Of a DNA stretch of 64,000 nucleotides, positions 18,419 through 27,508 are shown piece after piece. Source of the stretch: a virus; the IMG/VR virus record IMGVR_UViG_3300031741_000001, positions 17,828 through 81,827 of that record; one strand, 5' to 3'. Made by a program: the position numbers and the translations under genes. Under the pieces are notes generated by a model, which saw only the letters and a program-made list of their open reading frames with translations, ran no database searches and had not been told where the DNA came from. Position 1 is the first letter of the stretch, and each line of letters begins with the position of its first letter.

Positions 18419-19195
18419 TTATTTAAATTTTAAATATCCGTTATCTTTAAGAAAAGCTTTAAAGAATTTATGAACTTCAAAAAGGAATTTACCGAAGTCT
18501 ATCATTCTTTGTGCAACTTCTTGAGTTAATAAGCACATTAGTTTAAATTCTTCTTCTCTATTCTTACGCTCATCTCCTTTTGATCCATCTATCATCTTTT
18601 TTATTTTTAAAAGATTGATTTGATTAGCAGTTGCTATTTTCATGTTATCTAAGAGATCATATTTCCGCCCTCCGTAAACTTCGATGAAGTCTAGATATGC
18701 GGAACCGTATCCTAAAGTTTTAAGCGTTTTAAAATAAGCTATGTCTTTATTCAAAGGTTGTAGCTTAATAGGCTTTCCGTAAGCAACTTTAAGATTGACT
18801 TTCTTTAATCTTTTATTAAGCTCATCTGTTGGGTTAACTGTAAAGATAAAATCTTCTCGTTTATATCCAAAAACTTTTAAAGCACTGTTATATGCATGCA
18901 TACTATCTTTAAGTAGCTGAGCCGTGAAAGGTCCCTGTTTAAAATCTAATTTTAAATCCATAAACTCATTTGCTAGTTTAGTTTCTTCTCCTTTAAATTT
19001 AGGAACTTCTTTTTCTGAATTGATTACCTGCTTATTCATAATACTAAAAACAAGAGCAGCATATTTCCCATAGTCATCTAACCAGACATTATAGTTTTTC
19101 CACATAATGTCGGAGCTTTCACCTATTGAGATATTAGGAACTGTTGGATATCCGAAAACTTCCATAGATGTATTTTTTATATTTAAAATATTCAT
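18419..19195 (-). CDS. internal head protein (paralogue family)
   Basis: MNILNIK start, SME site, L..LGY motif shared with the family at 24294-27508 and 30198-31740. Confidence 0.6.
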   Translation of the reverse strand: MNILNIKNTSMEVFGYPTVPNISIGESSDIMWKNYNVWLDDYGKYAALVFSIMNKQVINSEKEVPKFKGEETKLANEFMDLKLDFKQGPFTAQLLKDSMHAYNSALKVFGYKREDFIFTVNPTDELNKRLKKVNLKVAYGKPIKLQPLNKDIAYFKTLKTLGYGSAYLDFIEVYGGRKYDLLDNMKIATANQINLLKIKKMIDGSKGDERKNREEEFKLMCLLTQEVAQRMIDFGKFLFEVHKFFKAFLKDNGYLKFK

Positions 19196-19683
19196 ATAGT
19201 TTTCCCCATCATATAATCTATAGGCTTAAATCCCATTTTCGTGTAAGCTGCGACTGCTTGTCTATTTTTAACTATAACTCCTAAAATAACCATATCCACT
19301 TTTGGGTATTGTTTCTTATAAAGCTTCAAAGCTTTATCCATCAGCAACGGTCCAAGCCCTTGATTTCTAAAATCCTTATCCACAACAAGACTAGATACGT
19401 AAACGCAATCCCTATAATCGGATGGACCTAATAATACAAATCCTATTAATTCATTTTTATTAAATAGAAGAAAGACTTTTTTACCTTTCCTCATCCAGTG
19501 TAAAACTTCTTTGTCGGTATCTAGAATGCTTAAGTTTGAAGGCATTCTATCTCTATATAAAGTAATTTCTTCTCTATGGTGAGCATCTAACTGTTCGTCT
19601 AACTCCATTATACGTTCTGAAAATTCTCCAATCCGATTCTGCTTCAACTCACTTACTGTTATTTTAGGTTTTAAAATATTCAT
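19192..19683 (-). CDS. GNAT acetyltransferase
   Basis: LVVDKDFRNQGLG acetyl-CoA-binding motif and N..A...Y.KMGF. Confidence 0.9.
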   Translation of the reverse strand: MNILKPKITVSELKQNRIGEFSERIMELDEQLDAHHREEITLYRDRMPSNLSILDTDKEVLHWMRKGKKVFLLFNKNELIGFVLLGPSDYRDCVYVSSLVVDKDFRNQGLGPLLMDKALKLYKKQYPKVDMVILGVIVKNRQAVAAYTKMGFKPIDYMMGKTI

Positions 19684-19684
19684 A

Positions 19685-20377
19685 TTACATCCTCAATAGA
19701 TTTTCTATCTCAGCTAGATTTTTATTATCTTGCACTAGTGAGGCGTTTATTCCATTAGCAAAATAAGTACCTATCAATCTACTACTTGTCGATACGCTAG
19801 CATGACTAACGTCACTTAAAGGTATTTGTAATTCCCTACCTTCCATTGCAGTGTGCCTATATTGAATGGTCGGACTACCTTGTTTTCTACTAAGATGAGC
19901 AATCAATATTTCAAAGATAGAATGATCTACATTAAAGTTAATTCCTGTATGTCTACTTACCTTATCGAACATGAATGCTTTATCGTCATATGTAATGAAT
20001 GAAGGAGTTTTTGTAGAATTGATATATTCATAGAAAACTACCCATCCGATTCCTGCCATTTGAATTAACTCAGTAGTCTCAATAAAAGCATTTCCCTTTT
20101 TAAGAGTAAGTAAAATATATTTTTCTTCGTCTTTATTAATTTCTTCTATTTCCGTAGATTCCATTACTATAATTCTAGGAAGGAAAAACCCACTCTTATA
20201 AGTCTTACCTTTGTCTATAACTTCCAATTCAAAAATAGCTAAAGTGCTAATCTTATCGGATATCTTTAAACATGCAAAATTCTTAAATCTTTTAGCTATG
20301 TATACTTTAAGAGTCTCGCCTATGAAGATAACTTTAGATCCTTCTTTTTTAAAAAACTGTTTAACCTCACTGTTCAT
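19685..20377 (-). CDS. virion RNA polymerase beta-prime C-terminal fragment (phiKZ gp96-like)
   Basis: IFEILIAHL (compare HIEIIVRQM of beta-prime), S..SRL...YF...I..SL and IENLL C-terminal pattern. Confidence 0.6.
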   Translation of the reverse strand: MNSEVKQFFKKEGSKVIFIGETLKVYIAKRFKNFACLKISDKISTLAIFELEVIDKGKTYKSGFFLPRIIVMESTEIEEINKDEEKYILLTLKKGNAFIETTELIQMAGIGWVVFYEYINSTKTPSFITYDDKAFMFDKVSRHTGINFNVDHSIFEILIAHLSRKQGSPTIQYRHTAMEGRELQIPLSDVSHASVSTSSRLIGTYFANGINASLVQDNKNLAEIENLLRM

Positions 20378-21758
20378 TTAAACCTCCAACGATAACTGGG
20401 GTGATTATATTAGGAGATGCTCCGTATATTACCATTAATGAAATCTGATAATTATTAAAGTTATCATACACCTCATTAAAATTACGATAAGCAACATCTA
20501 GATAGTTGTTTTCTAAATCATCTAAAATCTTGTAGCTTGTTTTTAAAAATCCAGTACTTGGAATAGGCGTCTCGCTACTATTAAGAATATTATTTCCAAG
20601 ATACGGTAAATCCATAATGGCTCTAGTCTTATCTGGATATATCAGTCTTAAATAATCTATAATTTCTTTAGTTGTTTCTTGAACTAAAAGACCACCTAGG
20701 TCCTTTGGAAAAAGAATATCATTTACGTTTATCTTTCCGTGACTAGAGTAGAACATTGGTCTCAGATGAGAGTTCTTTACTAAAATAATATAATTTTCGA
20801 AATTAACCGGATCCGAAATACTTTTACCATATTCCTCTATGGTTTTAGAAGATACTATATTTGAATTATATTCAAAGTCTGATAAAATAATATCGTTACT
20901 CATTAGTATTTTCTCTAACCCTATATTATCTAGATCTACTTCTATAGTCGAAGTATTAGGCATATTGTAATCTTTAGAGAAAAACATTCTACCAGCTATC
21001 ACTACTATTGGAGTAGCGTCCCCTATATCTTTAGGCATGACAGCAGATATTCTATTTTTGGTTACTGTGTTCTTACAGTCGCTAAATCTAATGGTAGTCA
21101 TCCCACCAACGTTTGAAAAATCAACTAGTAATAGATTTAGATTTCTATTTGCTGTAGTTGTTAGATATCGTGTAGTGTCTTTAGCCCAGAGCTCGTTATC
21201 AAAAACCATAGGGTATCCAACTACTCCATTAATTATAGGAATAGTATTTTCAAATGAAATCTCGTCTGCTGTTTGAGAGAAAAAGATATCGGTAAGCATA
21301 TATTTTAAATTTGGATTATTTTTAACTGTAGGGTTTGATGTTATAGAATATCCGCATGTGATACTCTGAGAATTCTCTACTGATATTATTTCAGGAGTTT
21401 TCTGTATTATTGAAGAGAATGGTAGGGGAACGTATAACAATTTCCCATTCTGATTATCCAACATCGTGATAGGAGTAAATGTTTGAACTGTATAAGTTAG
21501 TATATCAATATCTGTAATTTTAGTTATAAATTCTATCCATGTTAATGAACCAGATGTACTATTCGGTTCTCTTAACATTAAAGTTAAATTTAAAAAAACA
21601 TTCTTGGCGGTGCTCCCGTTGGTAATACAAACTACAAACTTCTGATTAAATCCGACAGTCGATAATATCGAGTCTAGCGATAAAGTGTTCGATGAGAATG
21701 CTAATATATCAGTATCTGTTATTTTAAGTGTGTATAAAAAGGCGTTATTGTTTTTCAT
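20367..21758 (-). CDS. virion structural protein
   Basis: 463 aa, beta-rich, P..VIAGR motif, late-type promoter upstream. Confidence 0.55.
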   Translation of the reverse strand: MKNNNAFLYTLKITDTDILAFSSNTLSLDSILSTVGFNQKFVVCITNGSTAKNVFLNLTLMLREPNSTSGSLTWIEFITKITDIDILTYTVQTFTPITMLDNQNGKLLYVPLPFSSIIQKTPEIISVENSQSITCGYSITSNPTVKNNPNLKYMLTDIFFSQTADEISFENTIPIINGVVGYPMVFDNELWAKDTTRYLTTTANRNLNLLLVDFSNVGGMTTIRFSDCKNTVTKNRISAVMPKDIGDATPIVVIAGRMFFSKDYNMPNTSTIEVDLDNIGLEKILMSNDIILSDFEYNSNIVSSKTIEEYGKSISDPVNFENYIILVKNSHLRPMFYSSHGKINVNDILFPKDLGGLLVQETTKEIIDYLRLIYPDKTRAIMDLPYLGNNILNSSETPIPSTGFLKTSYKILDDLENNYLDVAYRNFNEVYDNFNNYQISLMVIYGASPNIITPVIVGGLNEQ

Positions 21759-21810
21759 AAGTATCTCCTATTCTTATATATAATGTTTCCAAATAAAAAG
21801 AAAAAGAAAA

Positions 21811-21842
21811 ACACTAGGTGGAGTCGGAACTCCACCTAGTGT
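21811..21842 (-). terminator. intrinsic terminator
   Basis: 14-bp perfect stem, 4-nt loop, long U-tract on the minus strand. Confidence 0.9.
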
Positions 21843-21872
21843 ATTAAGCATAGATTATTTTAAAGATTTTAC

Positions 21873-22553
21873 TTAGAAACGTTTTCCTAACATAGATCTA
21901 CGTTCGTCAGCTCTGTCTTTAGCAGATTGTTTTTTATAAGCTTCATGTCCGTAGTCATGACCCTTCATACTGCGTGATTCGTCAGCTCTTGATTTTGCAG
22001 ACTGTTTCTTCATGTCAGCATAACCTTCTTTTCCATAATACTTATCAAGACCGCGAGCATCATCTTCACGAGCTTTAGCACTTTCATTATATTTCTTTTC
22101 GTGAGCATAATCATCTCCGCGCATTCCACGTGATTCATCAGCTCTTGATTTTGCAGACTGTTTCTTCATGTCAGCATAACCTTCATGCCCGAAATGTTTT
22201 CCGATCATTGATTTACGCTCGTCGGCTCTATCAGCAGCTGACTGTTTTTTCCAACCGGAAGCTTCATGTCCGTAGTCGTGACCCTTCATACTGCGTGATT
22301 CGTCAGATCTGTCTTTAGATGTCTGAGCATATTTTTTCTTTTCAAGAGCTAAAAGAACTTCTTCAAGAGATATTAAAGCATCTTCTCTACAGTTAAGATC
22401 TACTACATCACGAAGAACTTCGTCTTCAACGATAAAATTTCTAATAGTTTCAGATAGACCGTGCTGGTCAACCATGTCGAAAATATTACAGATGATATCT
22501 GTCTGTGAATCTAGATCTGCGCTTCCGTTACTTTCTGTGCCGATGTTAAACAT
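21873..22553 (-). CDS. repeat protein with an acidic propeptide; candidate peptide precursor
   Basis: Six 22-28-aa units of the form KKQSA..RADE.R.M.G..[YF]GHE; own promoter-like site and own terminator. Confidence 0.8.
   Translation of the reverse strand: MFNIGTESNGSADLDSQTDIICNIFDMVDQHGLSETIRNFIVEDEVLRDVVDLNCREDALISLEEVLLALEKKKYAQTSKDRSDESRSMKGHDYGHEASGWKKQSAADRADERKSMIGKHFGHEGYADMKKQSAKSRADESRGMRGDDYAHEKKYNESAKAREDDARGLDKYYGKEGYADMKKQSAKSRADESRSMKGHDYGHEAYKKQSAKDRADERRSMLGKRF
21876..22340 (-). repeat. six imperfect in-frame tandem repeats (66-84 nt)
   Basis: Near-exact DNA duplication GATTTTGCAGACTGTTTCTTCATGTCAGCATAACCTTC near 21990 and 22147. Confidence 0.9.
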
Positions 22554-22646
22554 GTTGTTCGTCTTTCTTTGTTTGTTTTTATTACTTAGGAAATTTATTA
22601 AATAGATATATTATTAGCTTATATAATATATTTAATTTTTTTTTAA

Positions 22647-24290
22647 TTACTGATGTGCTTTTTGTACAATTAAAACTGGAACAGCATAAATTATTTCATA
22701 TTGGGTAGCTGTTTTAAACAAAAACTCTACTAGAACTGTTTTATTGGAGTAGAGAGTGGGAGTAGCTAAATTAAATAGAGCATTGTATTTAGAAACTTCT
22801 ATAGGTGAGGTTATTAAAATCTTTCCTGTTGTAGCATCTCTCAGTACAAAATGAGTAGGCACCTGCGGTACGGTATCGATAGCGGCAACGTATGGTGGGG
22901 ATGCTTGAGAGTAGAAATTAAAAAGGAAACTTTTTTCTGAGAAAAGATTAGAGGATATATAATATTGTTTTAATATCGCGTCATAGAATACCGTTGGTCT
23001 AACAAAAGCACCGTAACTTCGTCCATATATTAATTCGTCAGTAGAAGCGTCTGCTAATAAATAAGGCATATCCGCTACTGGTAAATCTAAATGAATCGAG
23101 AATGCCTGAGTGAAGTTTGGATTACCTGAGACAAACGATTTAGTAGTTATCTCTAAGTTCTGCCATACGCCCAACGAAGCTCCGTTGAATTTAGTAGCTC
23201 CAAAAGTAATATCGGAACTAGGGATTATTTTCATCGCTTTTTCATTTTGAGAATATCCCGCATATCCTAGAGTCCAAGATTTAGAAATGCCATCATAGGT
23301 TGGTATTATTGAAATCTTAGAATAATCAAGTAATGGTGTTGGTAGTATTTTAATAGTTTTTTCAAAAACTAGAACCCTATTAACGTTCTCGTCAAAGATA
23401 CTACATATTGAATTATCGGATAAGAAGTATTTAATCATTATCTTAAAATCAACATTAGGTGTATCTGTAGATACATCTTCAAGACCGTAAATAAAACAAG
23501 TCTTTCCATCTATCGGAACAAGTTGTTCTGAACCATCTTGGAAAATAAGCTTAGGCCAGAAGGTCAAAGCTGTTACATTCTGATTAAGATATAGAGCCCA
23601 ATCAGAACCCGTAATTTGATTAGCAGTAGCGACGAAACCCGTAATAGGATTAGACGTATCCTGAAAATCTGTAAGTATAAGAGCTTTTCTTGAAATTAAG
23701 CGATACTCGGATATCTGCATTCCAGCAGCGTCATATAGTTCTAAGTAAACAGTATTACCTGGGTCCATAGGGTATGCGGTATAGCAATTTAAGCATCTGC
23801 TAATATTAGCTACTCCAGTAGGGACTATCGGTACTAGACTCCCCTCTACCTTTCCTTGACTATCCACATAGATACTTATAGGGACTTTTGTACCATCCGT
23901 TGTCGTGACGACTAATTGATAATTAGCAGCATCCCCGCCGTCGAATGTTATTTTTTCATCAACTACTAATCTAGTTCTAGTTTGTCTAGTATCATAGAAA
24001 AGCATACATATTTGATTTCCATATCCGGATACTATAGGACCACCTTTTGAAACAACGCCGATAGGTTCAATATCAGATTCGAAGGTTACTGGATTAACAG
24101 CTACTACAACGTACAACATTTTACTATTAACATCAATAGTCTCAATTATCAACGAATCTACTGCTGGTATAAAATACCCTTTTATCGACGGTCCATTATT
24201 AGGATTGAAAATCTTCTCTAAAGGATAAACTTGAGGGAGATCATATCCTATAAGTTTTATACTCTCACTTCCTAGCTTTTCTTCTTTCAT
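22647..24290 (-). CDS. virion structural protein (phiKZ gp26-like by size and synteny)
   Basis: 547 aa, PTHFVL motif, position in the gene block upstream of the sheath. Confidence 0.6.
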   Translation of the reverse strand: MKEEKLGSESIKLIGYDLPQVYPLEKIFNPNNGPSIKGYFIPAVDSLIIETIDVNSKMLYVVVAVNPVTFESDIEPIGVVSKGGPIVSGYGNQICMLFYDTRQTRTRLVVDEKITFDGGDAANYQLVVTTTDGTKVPISIYVDSQGKVEGSLVPIVPTGVANISRCLNCYTAYPMDPGNTVYLELYDAAGMQISEYRLISRKALILTDFQDTSNPITGFVATANQITGSDWALYLNQNVTALTFWPKLIFQDGSEQLVPIDGKTCFIYGLEDVSTDTPNVDFKIMIKYFLSDNSICSIFDENVNRVLVFEKTIKILPTPLLDYSKISIIPTYDGISKSWTLGYAGYSQNEKAMKIIPSSDITFGATKFNGASLGVWQNLEITTKSFVSGNPNFTQAFSIHLDLPVADMPYLLADASTDELIYGRSYGAFVRPTVFYDAILKQYYISSNLFSEKSFLFNFYSQASPPYVAAIDTVPQVPTHFVLRDATTGKILITSPIEVSKYNALFNLATPTLYSNKTVLVEFLFKTATQYEIIYAVPVLIVQKAHQ

Positions 24291-24293
24291 AAT

Positions 24294-25223
24294 TTAAACC
24301 TTCTTTATAGCTGATCTACAAATCTGAACCATTTTGTAAAGAAGAAGATCTGTTTCGCTCACACAGACCCTCAGTACTTTTTTATAGATGAGAGAATTTT
24401 TCTTAAAAAGAACAGCATCTTCTTTAGATAAAGATCCTTCACCTTTCATATTCAAGTTAGCTTGTAGAAGAGCTTTGATTTTACTATAAAGATTTTTAAA
24501 GAAATGCTCGTATTGTTTAAATGTCAAACAATCATCTAATGATCTTTTAATAGTTTCTTTAGTCCAAGCGGCTTCTAGTAGAGTTTTTTTTCTACGATCG
24601 GGGCTTTCTGTAGCTATTATTTTACCTGAAGAATTCATTTCGAATCCTATTTTTGGAAGATCTTTAACGATATCCGGTATTCCTTCTTTCAAAACCTTTT
24701 CAACTGAAGTTTTTTGAAACTTCTTGATGATAAGATTTAATTCTCTAAGTCTTCCATTAAACTCGGTCGGAGTCGGTATCTCCAAAGATCTATTCGAGAG
24801 ATATATCACTGGATTCTCATCTATTAATTTTTTAAAATCTTCAAGAACTATAAGATTACCAAAAAATCTATTAAAAAATGAGAGTAGGACTTTCTCAAAA
24901 GAAGAAGATATATTACCAACTGAGATTAAGCTCTTTGCGAAGAACTCTAATGAGAAATCAAAATCCTCGCTAATGATGTCAAGATTCTGCTGGTGAGTCA
25001 GTCTAGGATTAATAAAATTAGAAAGCATCGCCAGCCCGTCAAGAGATGCTGTTTTTGAAACTAATATATTTTTAATTTTAGAAATCTCTTCTAAGTAATT
25101 GATTTTAGAGCTTTCTTCATTACACTCGCAATCAAAACTGTTGAGATCTTGTATGAATATGAGCATCTCGGTCGTTTCCGGAGTTTCGTTCTTCGGTCTT
25201 AATAGTGATAAATTTAAAGACAT
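24294..25223 (-). CDS. internal head protein paralogue
   Basis: Acidic propeptide ending FSLE; LLEAAWT motif. Confidence 0.65.
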   Translation of the reverse strand: MSLNLSLLRPKNETPETTEMLIFIQDLNSFDCECNEESSKINYLEEISKIKNILVSKTASLDGLAMLSNFINPRLTHQQNLDIISEDFDFSLEFFAKSLISVGNISSSFEKVLLSFFNRFFGNLIVLEDFKKLIDENPVIYLSNRSLEIPTPTEFNGRLRELNLIIKKFQKTSVEKVLKEGIPDIVKDLPKIGFEMNSSGKIIATESPDRRKKTLLEAAWTKETIKRSLDDCLTFKQYEHFFKNLYSKIKALLQANLNMKGEGSLSKEDAVLFKKNSLIYKKVLRVCVSETDLLLYKMVQICRSAIKKV

Positions 25224-25236
25224 TACGAATCTCCGT

Positions 25237-26136
25237 TTAAATATTCTCGATACTATTTACTAAAATAGCTAGTTTTTTCATTAAAACAATACCACGACCT
25301 GAAGCATGTCTTATAATACTTCCATATTCAGTACGTTTCTTAACATTATTTTTAATGCTAAATTTATCTTCTTTTTTATCCCGTCTATCTTCTTTAGAAA
25401 GCATTTCAACTTTTTTAAGATAATTCCTTATTTGAACCCCAACTCCAGTAAGAGCAATACATGATTTTAGAGCTACTATTATATTACTCTTTGTCCACCC
25501 ACTATCCATCAGAACAATATCGGCGTTTCTCTTTTTAGGAATTTTAATCTTCCCTCTCTCAGTATTTACTCTTAGACCTGTCTTTTCTAAGTCTTTTAAG
25601 AATGGGGTTAAGTCTGCTTGGATTCCTTTTTCTGGCGATATGGCAAACATCTTTTCAAGAACTCTTGTTACTACTCTAATTTGCTCGATAAATTCTTTAG
25701 CTGGCAAAATCGCCATAGTTTTATTAGCATATTCTTTCAATCCGTATTTCCCAATGTCCGATAAGTTTCTAGTAAATCTTCCATTGAATTTTTCCATAGA
25801 TTTCTCAAACTGTTTGGATACTACTAAAATCTTACTTAGAAATGAATTTTCTAAAACTAGAGCTTCGTTAGCTATTTCAATATCTTCAATATTTTCTAAA
25901 GCTATTTGTTTTCTAGTAGTACAATCTATTTCTATTTCTTTAAGCGAATCTCCATGCAAGTCTAGAAGTTCTTTGGTGACTCCAAAATTAAAAATATGCT
26001 CTTTAACTTTCTGCAAATTAGCTAATGATTCTAATTGAGCCTCATACTCTTCAAAATCATCTAGACTATCTTTAAACGCAACTAGATCATCATAAAGAGT
26101 CGTTGATTCTTCTGTCTTAATATTAAGTAAATTCAT
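25237..26136 (-). CDS. internal head protein paralogue
   Basis: MNLLNIK start; SLA/ALE/ANE region; LMDSGWT motif. Confidence 0.65.
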   Translation of the reverse strand: MNLLNIKTEESTTLYDDLVAFKDSLDDFEEYEAQLESLANLQKVKEHIFNFGVTKELLDLHGDSLKEIEIDCTTRKQIALENIEDIEIANEALVLENSFLSKILVVSKQFEKSMEKFNGRFTRNLSDIGKYGLKEYANKTMAILPAKEFIEQIRVVTRVLEKMFAISPEKGIQADLTPFLKDLEKTGLRVNTERGKIKIPKKRNADIVLMDSGWTKSNIIVALKSCIALTGVGVQIRNYLKKVEMLSKEDRRDKKEDKFSIKNNVKKRTEYGSIIRHASGRGIVLMKKLAILVNSIENI

Positions 26137-26145
26137 TTGTTTATC

Positions 26146-26832
26146 CTATCTTATTGTTTTTTTAACCAATCGTAAAATATTATTTGTTATTATTAAGTAT
26201 TCTTTAAAGACTAAGAATACTATTTTTTTATAAAAAGCAAATTCTTTTCTGTTGCTACGTAATGCTAACTGCACATTTTTACCATTATTTTCAATACTAT
26301 CAGAAAGTTCCTTAATATCTGAAATCTCTCGAAAGGCTTCTTTGAGAGTGTTAGGATTCCAACCAACTGACGCGATATCGACTTTTTCTATCTTCTGGGC
26401 ATCGAGTTTAAGAGTTTTCCCTAAAACTAGAGATACGTTTAAAGAATGCAGATCCGTCTTATACTTCGATATATTAAAATTCGTTAACTCTTCTTCTGAT
26501 AGTTTACTGAATTCAGTTAATATTTTTCTACACGTTCTTATTTTCTGTAATGTTATGTTGGCAGATTCTATCCTAACAGATACGTTTTCTAGGTTCTTAA
26601 AACCTTTAATCTCTATCCTTTTTCTATACTTATCTATCTCGGATTGAGCAACCCGTATTGTGGATGTTAAATTGCTAGCTTTACTGAAGTGTTTAATTTG
26701 TCCAAGTATTAATGTCTTTTTATTATCACTACTCTTATCGTCCACGAATATACCTTCAGTAGCCACGCAATCTTCATCTTTCAACAAAGAATTCAATTCG
26801 CTTTCAAACAAATCGATTTTTAAAATATTCAT
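26146..26832 (-). CDS. internal head protein paralogue
   Basis: MNILKIDLF start; ATE|GIF site; IASVGWN motif; clearly similar to 26834..27508. Confidence 0.7.
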   Translation of the reverse strand: MNILKIDLFESELNSLLKDEDCVATEGIFVDDKSSDNKKTLILGQIKHFSKASNLTSTIRVAQSEIDKYRKRIEIKGFKNLENVSVRIESANITLQKIRTCRKILTEFSKLSEEELTNFNISKYKTDLHSLNVSLVLGKTLKLDAQKIEKVDIASVGWNPNTLKEAFREISDIKELSDSIENNGKNVQLALRSNRKEFAFYKKIVFLVFKEYLIITNNILRLVKKTIR

Positions 26833-26833
26833 A

Positions 26834-27508
26834 CTATCTCCTTGTCGCTTTGACCAATCTTAAAACGTCGCGGGTAAGAACTAAATACTCTTTTAATAAA
26901 GAAAACATTAGGTTGGTATAAACGGCAAAAGGTCCTTTATGATCTTTAACTTCTTTCTTTAGAGTTTTAGCTTTGCCATCTATGTTTTGTATGAATTTTT
27001 CAATATCGTAAATATCCCCAAACGCCTTTGTAATATTTTCAGTAGACCAACCATTCTCCAATAAATTTATTTTTTTATTTTTAGTTTTAACATTCTTAAA
27101 CTTAAAATAATCTACTGTAGATATGTTTAAAAATTCTAAATCTTTTTTATATCTTTTGAAACTACTATATTGTAAATCTTTAGCTGAATAATTACTAAGC
27201 TGATCTATTAATTTTTTACATCGTGTTATCTGAGGGATAAGAACCCTGGCTGTAGGTACCGCTACTTGTATTCCGGTTAAATCTTTAAACCCCTTTTTAT
27301 CTAATCTTTTCTGATACCTCTTAATTTTAACTTTAGCAGCTTTTACCGTATCCGTAATTCTTGAAGTTCTCGTCCATCTAGGTTGGCCTATACGAGCTCC
27401 GAAACCATGATAGAAAATCCCTTCTAATGAGAAATCTATATCTCCGAAATCTTCGTCTAATAAAGCGTCTACGTCTTGGTCAAAAATATCAATGTTTAAA
27501 ATATTCAT
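26834..27508 (-). CDS. internal head protein paralogue
   Basis: MNILNIDIF start; SLE|GIF site; LLENGWS motif. Confidence 0.7.
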   Translation of the reverse strand: MNILNIDIFDQDVDALLDEDFGDIDFSLEGIFYHGFGARIGQPRWTRTSRITDTVKAAKVKIKRYQKRLDKKGFKDLTGIQVAVPTARVLIPQITRCKKLIDQLSNYSAKDLQYSSFKRYKKDLEFLNISTVDYFKFKNVKTKNKKINLLENGWSTENITKAFGDIYDIEKFIQNIDGKAKTLKKEVKDHKGPFAVYTNLMFSLLKEYLVLTRDVLRLVKATRR

